In this document: in pieces, positions 1 through 7,832 of the stretch
Position numbering within the stretch: position 1 is the first letter of the stretch
How the letters are laid out: every line of letters starts with the position of its first letter
NCBI GenBank assembly: GCA_963802945.1
Contig: CAWDKY010000072.1
Span: 1 to 13,019, forward strand
Source of the DNA: an uncultured delta proteobacterium
GTDB lineage: Bacteria > Desulfobacterota > RBG-13-43-22
Length of the DNA stretch: 13,019 nt
Reading direction: 5' to 3'
Translations under genes and position numbers: made by a program
The notes under the pieces: generated by a model
Databases searched by the model: none
Told to the model about the DNA's origin: nothing
Seen by the model: the letters and a program-made list of their open reading frames with translations, nothing else

Positions 1-1300
1 TTAGGGCTGCAAGGTTCAATCCTGTTCAATATATTGTGCGGATCGCCCACGGCATGGTTGATCTACAGGATTGCAAAACACCTCGGATACAAATATGCCC
101 TGGCTGCCATCCCTTTTACACTATTTCCTCCCGTTTACATGGTAAATCTGTTCACCAGCCTGACAGAAGTTCTCTTTGCACTGGTCCTTGTTCTGGCCAT
201 TTATTTCTTCCTCAGGCAAAAATATATCCTCTCAGCAATTGTTATTTCTTTCATCCCGTTTGCCCGGACAGAAGGCCTGATGTTCCTTTTTTCCTTCTTG
301 CTTTCATTTTAATAAGGGAATACAAATCTATTCCTTACCTCCTGGCCGGATTTGTTCTATTCAGCATTGCAGGTTATTTCCATTATAAAACCGTCTTCTG
401 GTTTTTCACTGCCATGCCATACAGCAGTGATGCATCGGCCATATATGGAAGCGGCAGTTTCTGGTATTACCTGGAACGATTCCATCAATTGATCGGATGG
501 CCGTTGGCCATCCTGGGGGGAGTTGGCCTAATATACCTGGTCCTCAAGCTTTTTAGAAGAAGTAACTGGTCAATTTCGACCGTTCTTGTGGCAGAGTATT
601 ATCTGTTGACAGGCTCATTTATAACATACATATTAGCCCAGAGCGTTTTATGGTGGAAGGGATGGATGGCAGTCCTGGCCAGCCCGGTTTATGGTAAGCA
701 TCACTCCGATAGGAAGTTATCTCGCCGTGGTCGGATTAAGCCAGCTGCTTTTCTATCTCGTAAGAAGTCCTGGTTACTCCCCTTTCCGGTTATAGTTATC
801 ATTGTCGGACTGGTGATCATTTCCCCTTATACCCTGGACGAAATCCCGCTCCGTGTGTCAAAAGAAACTGAAACGATGAAAATGACGGCGCAAAGTATCA
901 AAAAGCTGCATCATCAAAGCGGGCCCATTTATTATTTTGATCCTAAATTTGCCTTCTACCTTGGAAAAGATCCTTTTGATAACAATCAACTCAGAAGGGT
1001 AGTTAATACGGACAGGCCTGACCTGGGGGTGGCTGACAGTTCTTTTCCTGATCTGGGATCCTCACTTTGCAGAATTTGAACATAAGCTCAACCTGGAAAA
1101 TTTAACGCATAACCCCAATTTCAGGCTGATCGACGGATTCACCCCAGCCCAGGATTTCAGGTTCTTCACCGGGCGAAATTACATGTCGCTGATCATTCAA
1201 AAAATCCCTGTTAAACGTCCTGAAGATGATTTCAGACCGGTCGATTCCATAAATTTTGAAACCCAGGAGCCTCCCGACCGGGCATTATACCTGAGTACCC
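1..1300 (+). pseudogene. Partial, frameshifted multi-pass membrane protein, GT-C (ArnT/PMT-like) glycosyltransferase-like, Bacteroidota-style
   Basis: Open from base 1 (LGLQGSILFNILCG...FTSLTEVLFAL...PFARTEGL). It continues through frame changes at ~290, ~685, ~750 and ~1045 to ...FLIWDPHFAEFEH...INFETQEPPDRALYLSTP and has many hydrophobic helices. There is no native stop before the composition switch at ~1300. The frameshifts may be sequencing errors. Confidence 0.6.
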
Positions 1301-1302
1301 CC

Positions 1303-1730
1303 CGCCGAAGGAGGCCCGACGGCTCCTGCCGAGCGCCCAGCAGCTCGACGGGATGATGCACCGCGCCCGGACCTGGCTCGACTGGGGCGTACCCACCCTG
1401 TCCCTCCGATTCTATCGGCAGGCCACGGAGCTGAAGCCGGGTTCCTGCCCGCCCGGGTCAGAATCGCCCGGTCCCTGCTGGGACTCGGGCTGATCGATGA
1501 CGCCGACCGAGCGTTCAATGAGGTCCTCGCGGTGCGGGAGGAAATCGAGGCCCGGCTCGGAAAGGGAGCGGTCCTCGGGGCGCGCGCCCGACCGAAGGAG
1601 GAGGTCGCGGCCTACCGGAAGCTGCTCGCGGAGCAGGCTCGCGGACTGAGGTGCATGACCATCTCCTCGCCGCGCTCATCGAACTCGGCGACTGGGCGAG
1701 AGCGAAGACCGAGGTGGAAGAGGTGTTGTC
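1303..1730 (+). pseudogene. Internal fragment of a high-GC helical-repeat (TPR-like) protein, frameshifted
   Basis: Stitched reading: KEARRLLPSAQQLDGMMHRARTWLDWGVPTLSLRFYRQATELKPG / FLPARVRIARSLLGLGLIDDADRAFNEVLAVREE...AYRKLLAEQARGL / VHDHLLAALIELGDWARAKTEVEEVLS. It has a TPR-like A/G/L pattern and strongly G/C-ending codons, with shifts at ~1442 and ~1648. No start or stop is present. Confidence 0.55.
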
Positions 1731-1881
1731 GTACTTCGATGTACGCCTCATGCCTGGAATTTTTTCGTGTAAAGGACAACGCTCAGTCCCACCCCTTCGG
1801 GGCGGGTTCCCGGTTTTGGGCGCCTTGAATCTATACCTTTTTGAGCAACCTGTAAAAAATATTTTTTCAACATCCTGTTAA
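1730..1881 (-). mobile_element. Truncated MITE/REP-like non-autonomous element
   Basis: Two degenerate direct repeats, TTTTTGAGCAACCTGT (1838-1853) and TTTTTCAACATCCTGT (1863-1878), match at 13/16 and resemble IS terminal sequences of the AGGCTGTTGAAAAA type. An internal hairpin CCCACCCC-TTC-GGGGCGGG lies at 1788-1806. The resemblance to deltaproteobacterial intergenic repeats is from recall only. Confidence 0.5.
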
Positions 1882-2335
1882 TGATAATGGCTCCCCGCAC
1901 CGTGATGGGGGAATCTTCCAGGCAAGGAAAATTTTTGCTTTGGTAGTTCGCCCATTAACGCCCCGCAGTCACGCCTTTGGAGTAACAGGGCAGGACGTTT
2001 ATTTAGATTGGCATAGGCCATCTATTTAGACAGTGTTTAATAAGGTTGTCAATCTCTAAAAAGTTTTGTTTTGGCACGTTTTTTATGGGGGTCTTGAACC
2101 TTGTACCGTACCGGATAACCATTAAGATTTCCCCTGAGGGTTGATTTGAGAAGTTCTTCCTGAAATGTTGATTTTAAATTTTGGCTCTTTTTACTATAAT
2201 ACAACAGTAATCAACAAAAATGACTTGCAATTTATTGACTTTTTAGTTAGTAAAGAATAATAAATCATAAATAATTTAAACAAGTTTCCTTTTTAGCAAC
2301 CTTTTACCAAGGTCGTGTCAAAGGAGGCAAATAAA

Positions 2336-2899
2336 GTGCTACACAATTTTTGGAGCAGTTCTATATTTGGGTTTATCGTGTTAAATGTAGTGGGTTTTAT
2401 TTTAGGTTATTTTGCTGGCTTATCTAAGAGTATGAGAAATAATTCTTTCAAATTGCCTAAAATCGTTCATAAAGCCTATGTGATTATCTTATTTGTTCTG
2501 CCCATATGTATTTTGCCATTTCTTCCCCAACCTAGATTTGATTTTCACCTCTGGACATTAATAATCGGAATTGCATTAACAGTTATCGGTATAACTATTG
2601 AAATTTTTGCTTTTTGTAAGATTGGTATCATCCCCGGTGGTAAAGCAGGAAATAAAGTTATAAATGCAGGCATTTATAGTTTGGTAAGACATCCTATATA
2701 TTCTGGTACCATTTTATGGTCTTTAGGAATAGTTTTAATTTTAAGGGCTAAATACGCTTTAATATACGTACCAATTTTTATTATCCTTTCTATGTTTTTG
2801 ACATTAGCTGAGGAGAACGGATTGATAGAAGATTTTGGGGGAAACTATAAAGAATATAAGAAAAAGACTAAATGGAGACTTTTCCCCTATTTATTTTGA
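2336..2899 (+). CDS. Isoprenylcysteine carboxyl methyltransferase (ICMT/Ste14/PEMT) family membrane protein
   Basis: Motifs GIYSLVRHPIYSG and EE..L...FG..YKEY.KK..RLFP, with hydrophobic helices. RBS AAGGAGG (2321-2327) favours the GTG at 2336 over 2315. Markedly AT-rich. Confidence 0.9.
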   Translation: MLHNFWSSSIFGFIVLNVVGFILGYFAGLSKSMRNNSFKLPKIVHKAYVIILFVLPICILPFLPQPRFDFHLWTLIIGIALTVIGITIEIFAFCKIGIIPGGKAGNKVINAGIYSLVRHPIYSGTILWSLGIVLILRAKYALIYVPIFIILSMFLTLAEENGLIEDFGGNYKEYKKKTKWRLFPYLF

Positions 2900-2921
2900 A
2901 AATATAGAAGTTCGGGACTTC

Positions 2922-2948
2922 ATATAACAGCGGGCTGGCGGGCTCGCT
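2922..2948 (+). other. Possible left half of an attC-like site
   Basis: ATATAAC (inverse-core-like) lies 22 nt after the stop of an AT-rich gene and is followed by a GC-rich arm, AGCGGGCTGGCGGGCTCGC. No complementary right arm or GTT core was found. Confidence 0.4.
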
Positions 2949-2995
2949 TGAACGGCGAAGGAACTATCAGATTTCACAAACGGGAGAACGTAGAC

Positions 2996-3067
2996 GTGAG
3001 AATGACTGCGATTGAGAAGCATTTCATCAATAGTCCGGAGCATACACTCCGATGGTTCAGGGAATAG
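2996..3067 (+). pseudogene. N-terminal stump, possibly of a class I SAM methyltransferase
   Basis: GGAG RBS then MRMTAIEKHFINSPEHT, which runs into unrelated sequence and stops at 3067. The family call is from recall of similar N-termini. Confidence 0.35.
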
Positions 3068-3153
3068 CCATCGGCTATCCCGACTGGGACGCGCCGGTCA
3101 ATAAACTTCGCGCGGCAAGAGAGCCTCTGGATAAGATGGCGAAAGTTTACTAA
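3052..3153 (+). pseudogene. C-terminal stump of a nitroreductase
   Basis: MVQGIAIGYPDWDAPVNKLRAAREPLDKMAKVY* matches the nitroreductase C-terminal pattern GIAIGYPD...PxN.....RxPL. Confidence 0.7.
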
Positions 3154-3205
3154 CCTAAAACAAATGCAAAACCCAATTGGAATGGGGCGAGATTGATTCA
3201 AAAAT

Positions 3206-3253
3206 TTATTAGGTTGAGCTTTTCTTCACCTACTCATCCTCTCAACCTAGTAA
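3206..3253. repeat. 13-bp inverted repeat with a 22-nt loop
   Basis: TTATTAGGTTGAG (3206-3218) pairs with CTCAACCTAGTAA (3241-3253) at 12/13. It lies just upstream of the OYE gene. Confidence 0.65.
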
Positions 3254-3289
3254 TATTGTTTCTGGTCAGCCCTAAGAAAGGAACCCTTG

Positions 3290-4420
3290 ATGAAATTATT
3301 CGAACCGATTACTATCCGTGGTATGGTCGTGCCGAACCGCATTGTCTATCCGGCCATTCAATTGAATATGGGCATGAATAGCCGGCGGGCTCGAGCTTTT
3401 TACAGCGAGCGCGCCAAAGGGGGCGCCGGTCTTATTCTAACTGCCAATACCGCAATCGACAACTTTGCCTGCGAGGACCTCTGGGGCGGCACCGCAGGCC
3501 TGAACGATTTTATCAAAAGGCTGCGTGTTTTTACCGGTGATGTTCACGCCGCCGGCGGTAAAATCGGGGTGCAGTTATGGCAGGCGAACCGCTTTCCACA
3601 AGGTAAAGGGGTGCAAGCTGCAGGAAAAGAAATGTATCCGGATAGCGGAGAACGCATTGCGCCATCCGCAGTGGAGGATATGCGGGCTTTGACCCTTCCT
3701 GAAATCGATGCCATCATTTACCGTTTTGCCAAAGGCGCCCGTAACGTGCGTGACGCCGGGTTTGACTGCGTGGAAATCCACGGGGCCCATAGGTACTTAC
3801 TGGCACAATTTTCCAACGCGGCGACCAATCAGCGCACTGACCAGTTCGGCAGCGATTTAACCGGCAGAATGAAAATGGGAGTAGACATCGTTAAAGCTAT
3901 GCGGGCTTTTGTGGGTCGGGATTTCCCCATTTTGTTTCGGCTAGGGGCTTTGGAAGAAAACGGCCAAATACACCAGGATAGTTTGATATACGCTCAGGAA
4001 TTAGAAAAAGCCGGAGTGGATTGCCTGGATATTTCTACTGGTGGCTGGGGCCCGAATCCTGTCACTCCCACCAAACATCACCCGATGGGTACCTTTGTCT
4101 ATCTCGCGGAACCGATTAAAAAAGTGGTTAAAATACCGGTGATTGCCGTGGGTAAAATCAACAACCCCGAGGTTGCGGAATCAATTCTGGAAAAAGGGCA
4201 GGCGGATATGGTCGCCATCGGCAGACAATTAATAGCCGACCCTTACTGGCCTTTAAAAGTAAAGGAAAATCGGTTTAAAGATGTGGTGAAGTGCGAGTCT
4301 TGTAATATCAACTGTTCCGCACCGGCCTTCGAGCGTAAATTAGCTCCGGATGCGCCTATCTGTAAAAACAACCCAATCGTGGGAAAAGAATGGGAATTAA
4401 AAGCTTCAAGTAGTTTGTAA
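3290..4420 (+). CDS. NADH:flavin oxidoreductase, Old Yellow Enzyme family (FMN TIM barrel) with a C-terminal Cys cluster
   Basis: Motifs LFEPITIRGM.VPNRIV, FYSERAKGGAGLI, AGFDCVEIHGAHRYLL.QF, NQRTDQFG, IPVIAVGKI and ADMVAIGRQLIADPYWP, plus CESCNINC...C. RBS AAAGGA precedes ATG 3290. Confidence 0.95.
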   Translation: MKLFEPITIRGMVVPNRIVYPAIQLNMGMNSRRARAFYSERAKGGAGLILTANTAIDNFACEDLWGGTAGLNDFIKRLRVFTGDVHAAGGKIGVQLWQANRFPQGKGVQAAGKEMYPDSGERIAPSAVEDMRALTLPEIDAIIYRFAKGARNVRDAGFDCVEIHGAHRYLLAQFSNAATNQRTDQFGSDLTGRMKMGVDIVKAMRAFVGRDFPILFRLGALEENGQIHQDSLIYAQELEKAGVDCLDISTGGWGPNPVTPTKHHPMGTFVYLAEPIKKVVKIPVIAVGKINNPEVAESILEKGQADMVAIGRQLIADPYWPLKVKENRFKDVVKCESCNINCSAPAFERKLAPDAPICKNNPIVGKEWELKASSSL

Positions 4421-4473
4421 TTTTTAATTGAAAAATAGAATGTTAGTAACGAGCAAAAAACTTTTAGGTGAGA

Positions 4474-4499
4474 TTAAGGAGTTCTTCCTAACTCTTTAA
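4474..4499 (+). terminator. Hairpin downstream of the OYE gene, possible terminator
   Basis: TTAAGGAGTT-cttcct-AACTCTTTAA forms 9/10 Watson-Crick pairs plus one G-T. It is AT-rich and has no clear U-tract. Confidence 0.35.
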
Positions 4500-4602
4500 A
4501 CTTTAAGTTAACATAAAATAGAAGAGTTCAAACAGTAATCGAGATAATAGCAATCAAGCCCAACGCCCTTGAACTCCAGATAGACTGCTCGGATTTCCAG
4601 CT

Positions 4603-4685
4603 TCCTTCCCCTTGCCTTCAGCCCTAATTTTCTTCTTGATCCAGTTTTTTTCTTGTTTTATACTCTTTCCATCAAAAGCAAAGTT
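4603..4685 (+). promoter_or_regulatory. Repeat Y copy 1: sigma70-type promoter module
   Basis: TTGATC (4636-4641)-17 bp-TATACT (4659-4664). Ungapped match to 12760-12842 at 64/83. Confidence 0.8.
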
Positions 4686-4711
4686 TTGCAAATTTTTAAA
4701 TGAGGGCCAAC

Positions 4712-5155
4712 ATGTTTTCACTAAAAAGCATTCTGGTACCCACAGATTTTTCCGAATACTCGGACAAGGCACTGCAAAAGGCAATAGACATCGCTAAACA
4801 ATCCAACGCCAAGATTTATCTAATACATGTGGCCAGAAAAGTCTTTCAATACGGGGTCGATTATGGCCTTGATCCACAAATACTTGACCGGTTGGAAAAT
4901 GCAAGTTTCGCTACGGTTAAAAAAATGCTTACGGACCAACTCGCAAAATTTCTGGATTCAAAGTCAATTGAGATCATAAACGATATCCGTATAGGAACCC
5001 CTTACCTGGAAATCTTAAAATATCAACAAGAAAAAAAGATAGATTTAATCGTGATTTCCTCCCACGGCAAAACAGGTTTATTGAGTCATCTTATCGGAAG
5101 CGTGGCCGAAAAAGTTGTAAGAAGTGCCAAATGCTCGGTTCTTCTGGTGAGGTAG
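4712..5155 (+). CDS. Universal stress protein (UspA family)
   Basis: Motifs KSILVPTDFSEYS, G.PY.EIL, IDLIVISSHGKTG and LIGSVAEKVVRSAKCSVLLVR. A GAGG RBS precedes ATG 4712. Confidence 0.95.
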   Translation: MFSLKSILVPTDFSEYSDKALQKAIDIAKQSNAKIYLIHVARKVFQYGVDYGLDPQILDRLENASFATVKKMLTDQLAKFLDSKSIEIINDIRIGTPYLEILKYQQEKKIDLIVISSHGKTGLLSHLIGSVAEKVVRSAKCSVLLVR

Positions 5156-5444
5156 GGTTAATTTATGATGACGGAAGCCTGGACATAAGGCGGGTTGTAC
5201 AGCACATGTTGTTAACCGTTATCGCCATTTCTAATCGTAATCTTTATCTTTTTTTATGAAACTGTTTAGTTGTAGATACCGTCCTCGTCAAGCAAAAATT
5301 GGCTTATAATTTGAATCGAACTTTTTACTGGATTTTGTTCGTCGTCAGCAAAGAGTGAAACTGGGGTAAATTTAGTTTGCACTTTTAAAGTTGGTCTGGG
5401 TGGAAAAGGAGGCTATACTGTTAGCTGTCAGAAAGGAAGAAAGC

Positions 5445-5522
5445 AAAGGTTGAAACGGAAAAGTCATCGTTTGTGCGATTATGCCGAAACTGATTAATAT
5501 TATCTTTGGCATCCTCAAATCC
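5445..5522 (+). mobile_element. Decayed C-terminal remnant of an IS110-family transposase
   Basis: KG*NGKVIVCAIMPKLINIIFGILKS fits the IS110 C-terminal pattern GK..K....A.MRKL..I..G.LKS. It contains an in-frame stop and an R-to-P change. Confidence 0.7.
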
Positions 5523-5883
5523 GATTACAAGATAGCCGAAGCTTCTTTCCTTCCAGACATTTTTTTCGGACCAAAGAATTAAATCGATTAGAATTAATCC
5601 GTTTTAACGAAATCCTTGCTTTTATCTGGAAAGAATGTATTATATTCTGATTATAAAATTGCTCGAAAGAAAAAGAAGGATAGATTAGGCAGAAATAAGT
5701 CCACACCATATCCAAGAAATCCTGCAAAAAGTCCGGCATGATTTTCTTCTTTACCCAAAAGCCTTTCCCGGTCGAAAATCTGGTCCCAAGCTTTTAGGTG
5801 ATCTGATACCAGGGCCTTCCTCCCATCTCAAAAAAATTAGATGCTGGTCCGTCCTAATTTTTCTTCTATAAGAAAAATGGGTT

Positions 5884-7224
5884 ATGTCTGAATCTGATAA
5901 AAATTCATCCTCAATGCCGCCTGTCGGTCTAACCCCTGATACGACCCGAAGAGTTTTTTACGGTTGGTGGATCGTTTTAGGGAGTATGATTACCCTGATT
6001 TTTTCCTGTGGCATTGGTTTTTATAGCCACGGCGCTATCTTGGATCCCCTGCGGGTCCATTATGGATGGTCCAAGGGAATTATCTCTAATGCGCTGACTA
6101 TGTATTTTGCCGCTACCGGGGTCTTGGGTATGGTGGTGGGGCGGGCCGTTGATCGGTTCGGCGCAAAACCTCTTCTCATTCTGGGTTCTATTATTTTTGG
6201 AATTGGATTCTTTCTTTTGAGCCGGATTACCCAACTCTGGCAATTATTTGCGGTCTACTTGCTCCTGTCTGTTGGAACGAGTTGTGCGTCTACGCTAACC
6301 ATTAGCACCCTGATCGCCAACTGGTTTGTCTTCAAGCGGGGATTGGCCATGGGATTGACCATGAGCGGACTAAGCTTAGGAGGGATGGTCATGGTGCCTT
6401 TTACCGTCTATCTGACCTCCCACTGGGGTCTCCGGACGGCCTTACCCACCTTGGGGGGTATCTTTTGCCTAGTGATCATACCGATAGCCTCATTCCTTAT
6501 TAAACAACATCCCGCAGATGTGGGCCAATTTCCCGACGGCCAACGGCTGTCTCCCTTATCCTTAGACATATCGGACAGCCGAATCTCCTTTGCTCCGCAG
6601 ATGCGCGTCTGGACACGGGTTGAAGCGATGCATACAACCGCCTTCTGGGCTATTGTTATAGGTTTTTTGCTGGCCCAGACCGGGCAGCTCGCCTTTCTCG
6701 TTCATCAGGTGTCTTTCTTGAGCCAAACCTTGGGATCGGCCGGGGCGGCGGCCAGGGCGGTAAGTGTTACGACCGCGGCCAGTGTTGTCAGTCGTCTATT
6801 TCTTGGATCGATTGCCGACCGTTTTGATAAGCGGTTCGTGGCCATTTTTTGTTTTTTACTCCAGGGAATAGCCGTTCTTTTTATGGCCCACTTCCACCAG
6901 GTGGTGGTTGTTTATCTCGGGACCTTTGTCTTCGGTCTGACTATGGGTGGAATCGTTATGATGCAGTCTCTTTTGATCGGCGATTGTTTCGGCATGGTTT
7001 CCTTCGGCACGATTATCGGTTTTTCCGGGTTGTTCACCCAAGTAGGGTCTTCTTTCGGCCCGACCATCGCCGGCCTTATTTTTGACGCTACCCAGGATTA
7101 CGGGATCGCTTTCACTATCTTTGGGATTGCCAGTCTATCGGCTATTGTGGCCGTTTTCTTCGCTAGACCTCCGATGCCTCTCCAGGGTGTATCAGTCTAC
7201 ACCGGGACAAGTGAACCCTCTTAG
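5884..7224 (+). CDS. Major facilitator superfamily transporter (OFA/MCT-like)
   Basis: 446 aa with about 12 hydrophobic helices. Motif A appears as GRAVDRFGAK and GSIADRFDKR; also FYGWWIV and NWFVFKRGLAMG. Confidence 0.95.
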   Translation: MSESDKNSSSMPPVGLTPDTTRRVFYGWWIVLGSMITLIFSCGIGFYSHGAILDPLRVHYGWSKGIISNALTMYFAATGVLGMVVGRAVDRFGAKPLLILGSIIFGIGFFLLSRITQLWQLFAVYLLLSVGTSCASTLTISTLIANWFVFKRGLAMGLTMSGLSLGGMVMVPFTVYLTSHWGLRTALPTLGGIFCLVIIPIASFLIKQHPADVGQFPDGQRLSPLSLDISDSRISFAPQMRVWTRVEAMHTTAFWAIVIGFLLAQTGQLAFLVHQVSFLSQTLGSAGAAARAVSVTTAASVVSRLFLGSIADRFDKRFVAIFCFLLQGIAVLFMAHFHQVVVVYLGTFVFGLTMGGIVMMQSLLIGDCFGMVSFGTIIGFSGLFTQVGSSFGPTIAGLIFDATQDYGIAFTIFGIASLSAIVAVFFARPPMPLQGVSVYTGTSEPS

Positions 7225-7399
7225 GGTAAACCTGTGAAGATGAGGCTCTCTTGGTTGTAAATATTATTCGGACGTTATTTCACAACTTGAATTCAAAACT
7301 ATAATTCTTAACAACTCACTAAATGGGACCACGGGAAATGACCGCGCCCCCATGATTTCCGGCCTTAGGCATATCACCATCGGTCGAGAGGTGGCTCTT

Positions 7400-7531
7400 A
7401 TGACTGACATAGACTCTTTTAAACAAGAAGAAATCTGTTTTGTTATCAGTCCCGTTGGTGAACCGACTTCTGATACGAGGACGTGGTCAGACAAGGTGTA
7501 TGCCCCATTCATCTCCGGCCCATTTACCTGA
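7400..7531 (+). pseudogene. N-terminal stump of a nucleoside 2-deoxyribosyltransferase-like protein
   Basis: GAGGT RBS, then MTDIDSFKQEEICFVISPVGEPTSDTRTWSDKVY.... The CFVISPxG...S.TR..SD.V pattern is the typical N-terminus of this group. It stops after 43 aa. Confidence 0.65.
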
Positions 7532-7585
7532 GATTCAATATTCTCAATGGGAAGATTCGGCGAGCGTAACTTTTATTTTATTAAT

Positions 7586-7640
7586 TTCAATATTTCAAAC
7601 GGTTAATTTTCCGGTCTATCTTCTTAAAACATTAGGTGAA
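7586..7640 (+). repeat. Repeat X copy 1
   Basis: The core 7602-7633, GTTAATTTTCCGGTCTATCTTCTTAAAACATT, matches 12613-12644 at 31/32. The flanks TTCAATATTTC and AGGTGAA are also shared. Confidence 0.9.
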
Positions 7641-7832
7641 AGCTTCAAAAAAAGGCGGCTGTTGAACAAGCCCTTAAAGTGGCCTTAGATATTTCTTAAT
7701 TGAAATTATGCCCTGGTGGATGATAAAAGGATGAGAATGATTAGATTCAGTCAAAACCCTCGGCCATGTGGGGGAAAGAAGTTGTGTTAGAACCAGCGGC
7801 CCTTTAACGATGGATTGAAAAGGAGTGCAAAT

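Noticed and set aside
2071-2086. Sigma54-like TTGGCACG
   Set aside because: The -12 element reads TTAT instead of TTGC, so the essential GC is missing.
2202-2219. 16/18 match to 10393-10410
   Set aside because: It is short and AT-rich, so matches of this quality are expected by chance in 13 kb.
3154-3164. CCTAAAACAAA, identical to part of attI1
   Set aside because: It is only 11 bp, no GTT core follows, and there is no class 1 integron context.
4554-4784. Minus-strand ORFs 4554-4784 and 12702-12950 give similar peptides (NFAFDGKSIKQEK vs NLAFNSRSIRDEK), suggesting a duplicated small protein
   Set aside because: The similarity is limited to repeat Y, and most substitutions are non-synonymous in that frame. 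The 19 mismatches split 5/5/9 over codon positions, which is not a strong coding signal. A promoter explains the conservation better.
5280-5396. Possible further gene tail (FESNFLLDFVRRQQRVKLG*) and IS end TTTGCACTTTTAAAGTTG
   Set aside because: I cannot assign a family or find a partner inverted repeat, so it is too weak to call.
1863-7669. IS-end-like motifs at 1863-1878 and 7657-7669 as the ends of a composite transposon
   Set aside because: They match at only 11/13, their orientation does not enclose the intervening DNA, and there is no transposase or target duplication.
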